NCBI GenBank assembly: GCA_050177605.1
Contig: JBFXGX010000026.1
Location: 1 to 24,009, forward strand
From: Candidatus Izemoplasmatales bacterium
GTDB taxonomy: Bacteria > Bacillota_I > Bacilli_A > Izemoplasmatales > Hujiaoplasmataceae
DNA length: 24,009 nt
Direction of reading: 5' to 3'
In this document: positions 21,307 through 24,009 of the stretch, piece by piece
Layout of the letters: each line of letters opens with the position of its first letter
Numbering within the stretch: position 1 is the first letter of the stretch
Made by a program: the position numbers and the translations under genes
Notes under the pieces: model-generated
The model's input: only the letters and a program-made list of their open reading frames with translations
What the model was told of the DNA's origin: nothing
Databases searched by the model: none

Positions 21307-21335
21307 TTGTAATGGACCTACGAAATTGTTATAAT
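21307..21335 (+). promoter_or_regulatory. promoter of the response regulator (divergent from the ABC exporter)
   Basis: TTGTAA (21307-21312), 17-bp spacer, TGtTATAAT (-10 at 21330-21335); SD GAGGAGG at 21394-21400. Confidence 0.75.
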
Positions 21336-21407
21336 ATTTGTAAGTTTTATTTAATAATCGACAGTTTTACTTAATAAATAGAATTTTCAAACCGAGGAGG
21401 AAGTAGT

Positions 21408-22091
21408 ATGCCCCACACTGTACTAGTTATTGAAGACAATCCAATCGTATCTCAAATGGTTGAAAATGTTCTTTCTAAAGAAGGCTATGAGGTGACAACT
21501 GCGGATTCTGGAGATATTGGACTCAAGACTTTTTTACGTGGAAGTTATGAAATTGTCTTGCTAGACTTAATGTTACCTAACATTCCTGGCGATGAGGTCA
21601 TGCGACAAATTCGCCAAAAATCTCAGGTTCCGATTATCATTATTTCTTCAAAAGATAGCGACGTTGATAAGGCTGTTCATCTTACTCTAGGAGCGGATGA
21701 CTATTTATCAAAACCATTTTCTATGATTGAATTGATTGCGAGAGTGAAAGCTGTACTTCGCCGTAGCCAAATCATTCCTGAAAATCCAGATTTAGTCAAA
21801 ACAGTGGGACCATTAAAAATTGACTTAGAGAATTTTGAAGCATTCTTAAATGGGAATCCTCTCTATCTCACATTAAAAGAATTTATGATCTTAAAACTAT
21901 TTGTGACAAATCCAAATCATGTTTTTTCTAAAGAACAAATTTATCTAAAAATATGGAATGAAGAATATTACGAAAATGATAATGTAATTAACGTTCATAT
22001 GAGAAGATTACGTGAAAAAATTGAAGTCAATCCATCAAAACCACAAATCATTAAAACGATTTGGGGAATTGGTTATAAGTACGAAGAATAG
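21408..22091 (+). CDS. OmpR/PhoB-family DNA-binding response regulator (no adjacent kinase)
   Basis: IEDN, LLDLMLP, GADDYLSKPFS, and winged helix VHMRRLREK / TIWGIGY. Confidence 0.94.
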   Translation: MPHTVLVIEDNPIVSQMVENVLSKEGYEVTTADSGDIGLKTFLRGSYEIVLLDLMLPNIPGDEVMRQIRQKSQVPIIIISSKDSDVDKAVHLTLGADDYLSKPFSMIELIARVKAVLRRSQIIPENPDLVKTVGPLKIDLENFEAFLNGNPLYLTLKEFMILKLFVTNPNHVFSKEQIYLKIWNEEYYENDNVINVHMRRLREKIEVNPSKPQIIKTIWGIGYKYEE

Positions 22092-22113
22092 CAAATTAAT
22101 AGCATTTTTAATC

Positions 22114-22138
22114 AAAGGACAATCTAGTCCTTTTTTTT
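22114..22138 (+). terminator. intrinsic terminator
   Basis: AAAGGAC-aatcta-GTCCTTT followed by a T tract. Confidence 0.8.
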
Positions 22139-22146
22139 AATAATCA

Positions 22147-22190
22147 CTTAAGGACTTCTTAAGAATTTTGTAAGATTTAATTGATATAAT
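22147..22190 (+). promoter_or_regulatory. activator-type promoter with tandem OmpR-like direct repeats
   Basis: CTTAAG (22147), CTTAAG (22158) and TGTAAG (22169) at an 11-bp period, then TGaTATAAT (22182-22190); no canonical -35. Confidence 0.65.
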
Positions 22191-22196
22191 AATAGT

Positions 22197-22361
22197 GTAA
22201 AATAATTATATATTTAAGTTGATTTCTGAATCCCTTAGTCAGCACTTTGTGCTCTCATCTGTATCTAAATGATAAAACACACCCCCTACATGTTTAATTT
22301 TTTAGATTCATTACATATCTTAAGGTATCTGGTCTTCAACGGATGGAGGGATTTAGAAATG
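22197..22361 (+). ncRNA. candidate structured cis-regulatory leader or sRNA (family not recognised)
   Basis: Nested helices found by eye: 22222-22235 with 22347-22360, 22241-22253, 22256-22262 with 22339-22345, and 22263-22307 with a C-rich loop. The outer helices cover the SD and ATG. Confidence 0.5.
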
Positions 22362-22829
22362 AACTTAAATATCAACTGGTCGGCGTATCTATCTTTTGAC
22401 ATTCACACAGGAGTGGCATCTTTAGAATACTCTGACCTATTTTTCTTTAAAACGAATCTCGAACGCAAGAAACTAACACTAACAATGCATGAAATTCTTG
22501 CGTGTATTGAACCCTCTGACCGTGCAGTTGCGATTTCAGTTTTAAAACATCAATTCGAGGTAAGTGAACCTATTACTGTCCATGTCAAATTCAATGAGTA
22601 TCTTCCTATAATCGAATTACAAACTTATATTCTTTATCTTGATAACTCAATAGAAATCTTATGTATGGATGAAAGCATTCCAGTACAGATGATGAAAGAT
22701 GCGCTATTAACAGAAGATATGATTTTGACGATTCATAATTATTCAGATCTAGAAAAAAGATTGAATGCAGCGCATAAATGCGAAATCATCAGTGATTTGT
22801 TATATAATATTCGCGATTTAATGCAATAA
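22359..22829 (+). CDS. hypothetical protein with a possible PAS-like fold (156 aa)
   Basis: Strong SD GGAGGG (22345-22350) before ATG 22359. IEPSDR resembles the PAS HPDDR motif. The ORF-track start at 22269 lacks an SD. Confidence 0.7.
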   Translation: MNLNINWSAYLSFDIHTGVASLEYSDLFFFKTNLERKKLTLTMHEILACIEPSDRAVAISVLKHQFEVSEPITVHVKFNEYLPIIELQTYILYLDNSIEILCMDESIPVQMMKDALLTEDMILTIHNYSDLEKRLNAAHKCEIISDLLYNIRDLMQ

Positions 22830-22833
22830 TTCT

Positions 22834-22862
22834 AAGCAACTTTCTGGAGTTGCTTTTTCTTT
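22834..22862 (+). terminator. intrinsic terminator
   Basis: AAGCAACTT-tctg-GAGTTGCTT followed by a T tract. Confidence 0.75.
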
Positions 22863-22898
22863 CGAATGCATTATGGTATGATTATGCTGGGTGAGAGT

Positions 22899-23789
22899 AT
22901 GAATCAAATCGAAGCAAAAACAATACTACAACGTGTCAACCATCCATCAGAAATGTGGTTTCACACTGATTATAATATGAATCTTTATAAAGGCTGTTCG
23001 CATGGATGTATCTACTGTGATAGTCGTAGTGAAAATTACCAAATTGAAAATTTTTCAGAGGTACGCTCTAAAAAGAATGCCATACAAATTCTTGAAGATG
23101 AGTTAAGCCGAAAAAAAATCAAAGGAACAATTGGAATGGGAGCGATGTCTGACCCTTATAATCCATTGGAAAAGACAGCACTACTGACAAGAAGCGCTTT
23201 AGAATTAATCCTCAAGTATGGATATGGGGTTTCTATTGCGACAAAAAGTGATTTAATCTTACGAGATATCGATTTGTTATCGGCGATTGCTAAAAAGAAT
23301 GTGTGTCATGTTTCTTTGACAATCACGACGCCAAATGATGACCTCTGTAAGAAAATAGAACCTTACGTTGCCGTTTCTTCACGCCGCTTTGAAGTGGTAA
23401 AACAACTGAAAGAAAATGGAATTGTAACTGGTATTTTGATGATGCCAATTCTCCCATTTATCAATGATACACTGGAGAACATTGATGGCATGATTTTTCA
23501 AGCAAACAGAGCAAAAGCAGACTATATCTATCCCTTCTTCGGTGTGACACTGAGAAATATTCAACGGGATTATTACTATCAACAATTAGATATTCTGTTT
23601 CCAGGATTAAAAACAAAATATCAACAGACTTATCATAATCAATATGAATGTGATTCTCCTAAACATAGGGAATTATACGCATATTTTGCAGAAGCTATGA
23701 AGCATACGACAATGTTATCCTCAATGAAAGATATCAACAAGTTACTCAAACCAAGGCAGGAGCCCGTTCAACTATCACTGATGTTTTAA
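22899..23789 (+). CDS. radical SAM protein, spore-photoproduct-lyase/Rv2578c-like
   Basis: NLYKGCSHGCIYCD (CxxxCxxC), SDPYNPLE, ATKS and MPILPFIND. ATG 22899 follows GGTGAG, and an extended -10 TGgTATGAT lies at 22874-22882. Confidence 0.87.
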   Translation: MNQIEAKTILQRVNHPSEMWFHTDYNMNLYKGCSHGCIYCDSRSENYQIENFSEVRSKKNAIQILEDELSRKKIKGTIGMGAMSDPYNPLEKTALLTRSALELILKYGYGVSIATKSDLILRDIDLLSAIAKKNVCHVSLTITTPNDDLCKKIEPYVAVSSRRFEVVKQLKENGIVTGILMMPILPFINDTLENIDGMIFQANRAKADYIYPFFGVTLRNIQRDYYYQQLDILFPGLKTKYQQTYHNQYECDSPKHRELYAYFAEAMKHTTMLSSMKDINKLLKPRQEPVQLSLMF

Positions 23790-23802
23790 GGGGGGTGTAT
23801 TT

Positions 23803-24009
23803 ATGGAAAGAAGAATTACAAGCATCATATTTGAAAAGTTATCTAGTATCATCAAAAATGATAAGCCCGTTTTTCAAATGGGCTATGAGATGATGGAAGA
23901 ACTTTATGAGGTATTATCTTTAAAAAGTATCGCGATGATTGGCTCTGAAGATGGGGGTAAAACAACCATCACTTTATCTGTTCCAGAAACAAAAAAATCG
24001 TTTTTTGAA
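23803..24009 (+). CDS. ORF running off the window end, function unknown
   Basis: SD GGGGGGTG, ATG 23803, open for 69 codons: MERRITSIIFEKLSSIIKNDKPVFQMGYEMMEEL... Confidence 0.7.
   Translation, partial: MERRITSIIFEKLSSIIKNDKPVFQMGYEMMEELYEVLSLKSIAMIGSEDGGKTTITLSVPETKKSFFE

Noticed and set aside
22269..22358. 30-aa N-terminal extension, or a leader peptide, of the hypothetical gene
   Set aside because: There is no SD at 22269, whereas a strong SD precedes ATG 22359.
22197..22361. Assignment as a c-di-GMP riboswitch, T-box, tRNA or 6S RNA
   Set aside because: The consensus motifs of these families were not recognised. The multibranch fold overlapping an RBS does not fit a rod-like 6S, so it is left unassigned.
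22855..22898. LexA/SOS box upstream of the radical SAM gene
   Set aside because: There is no GAAC-N4-GTTC match.

Overview
This window is AT-rich bacterial chromosomal DNA. It uses the standard code (TGA stops, TGG for Trp), has sigma-A promoters and CIRCE elements, and looks like low-GC Bacillota or Acholeplasmatales/Izemoplasmatales; that lineage is inferred, not proven. Left to right it holds: rpmG (L33, missed by the ORF track); a znuABC-zur metal-uptake operon with a Fur-family operator; a ROK glucokinase and an MBL-fold hydrolase; a ~10 kb c-di-GMP signalling block; hrcA-grpE-dnaK-dnaJ with two CIRCE sites; a convergent ABC exporter; an orphan OmpR-family regulator; a small PAS-like gene; an SPL-like radical SAM gene; and a truncated ORF. 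The signalling block contains three GGDEF+HD-GYP proteins, a stand-alone CheR and a hybrid kinase. Two items stand out. First, CheR, the hybrid kinase and a REC-GGDEF-HD-GYP protein form an operon with no chemoreceptor, CheB, CheA or CheW. Second, a strongly base-paired ~160-nt leader RNA sequesters the RBS of the PAS-like gene and sits behind an 11-bp-periodic OmpR-type repeat array next to the orphan regulator. No mobile element, CRISPR array, tRNA or rRNA was seen.
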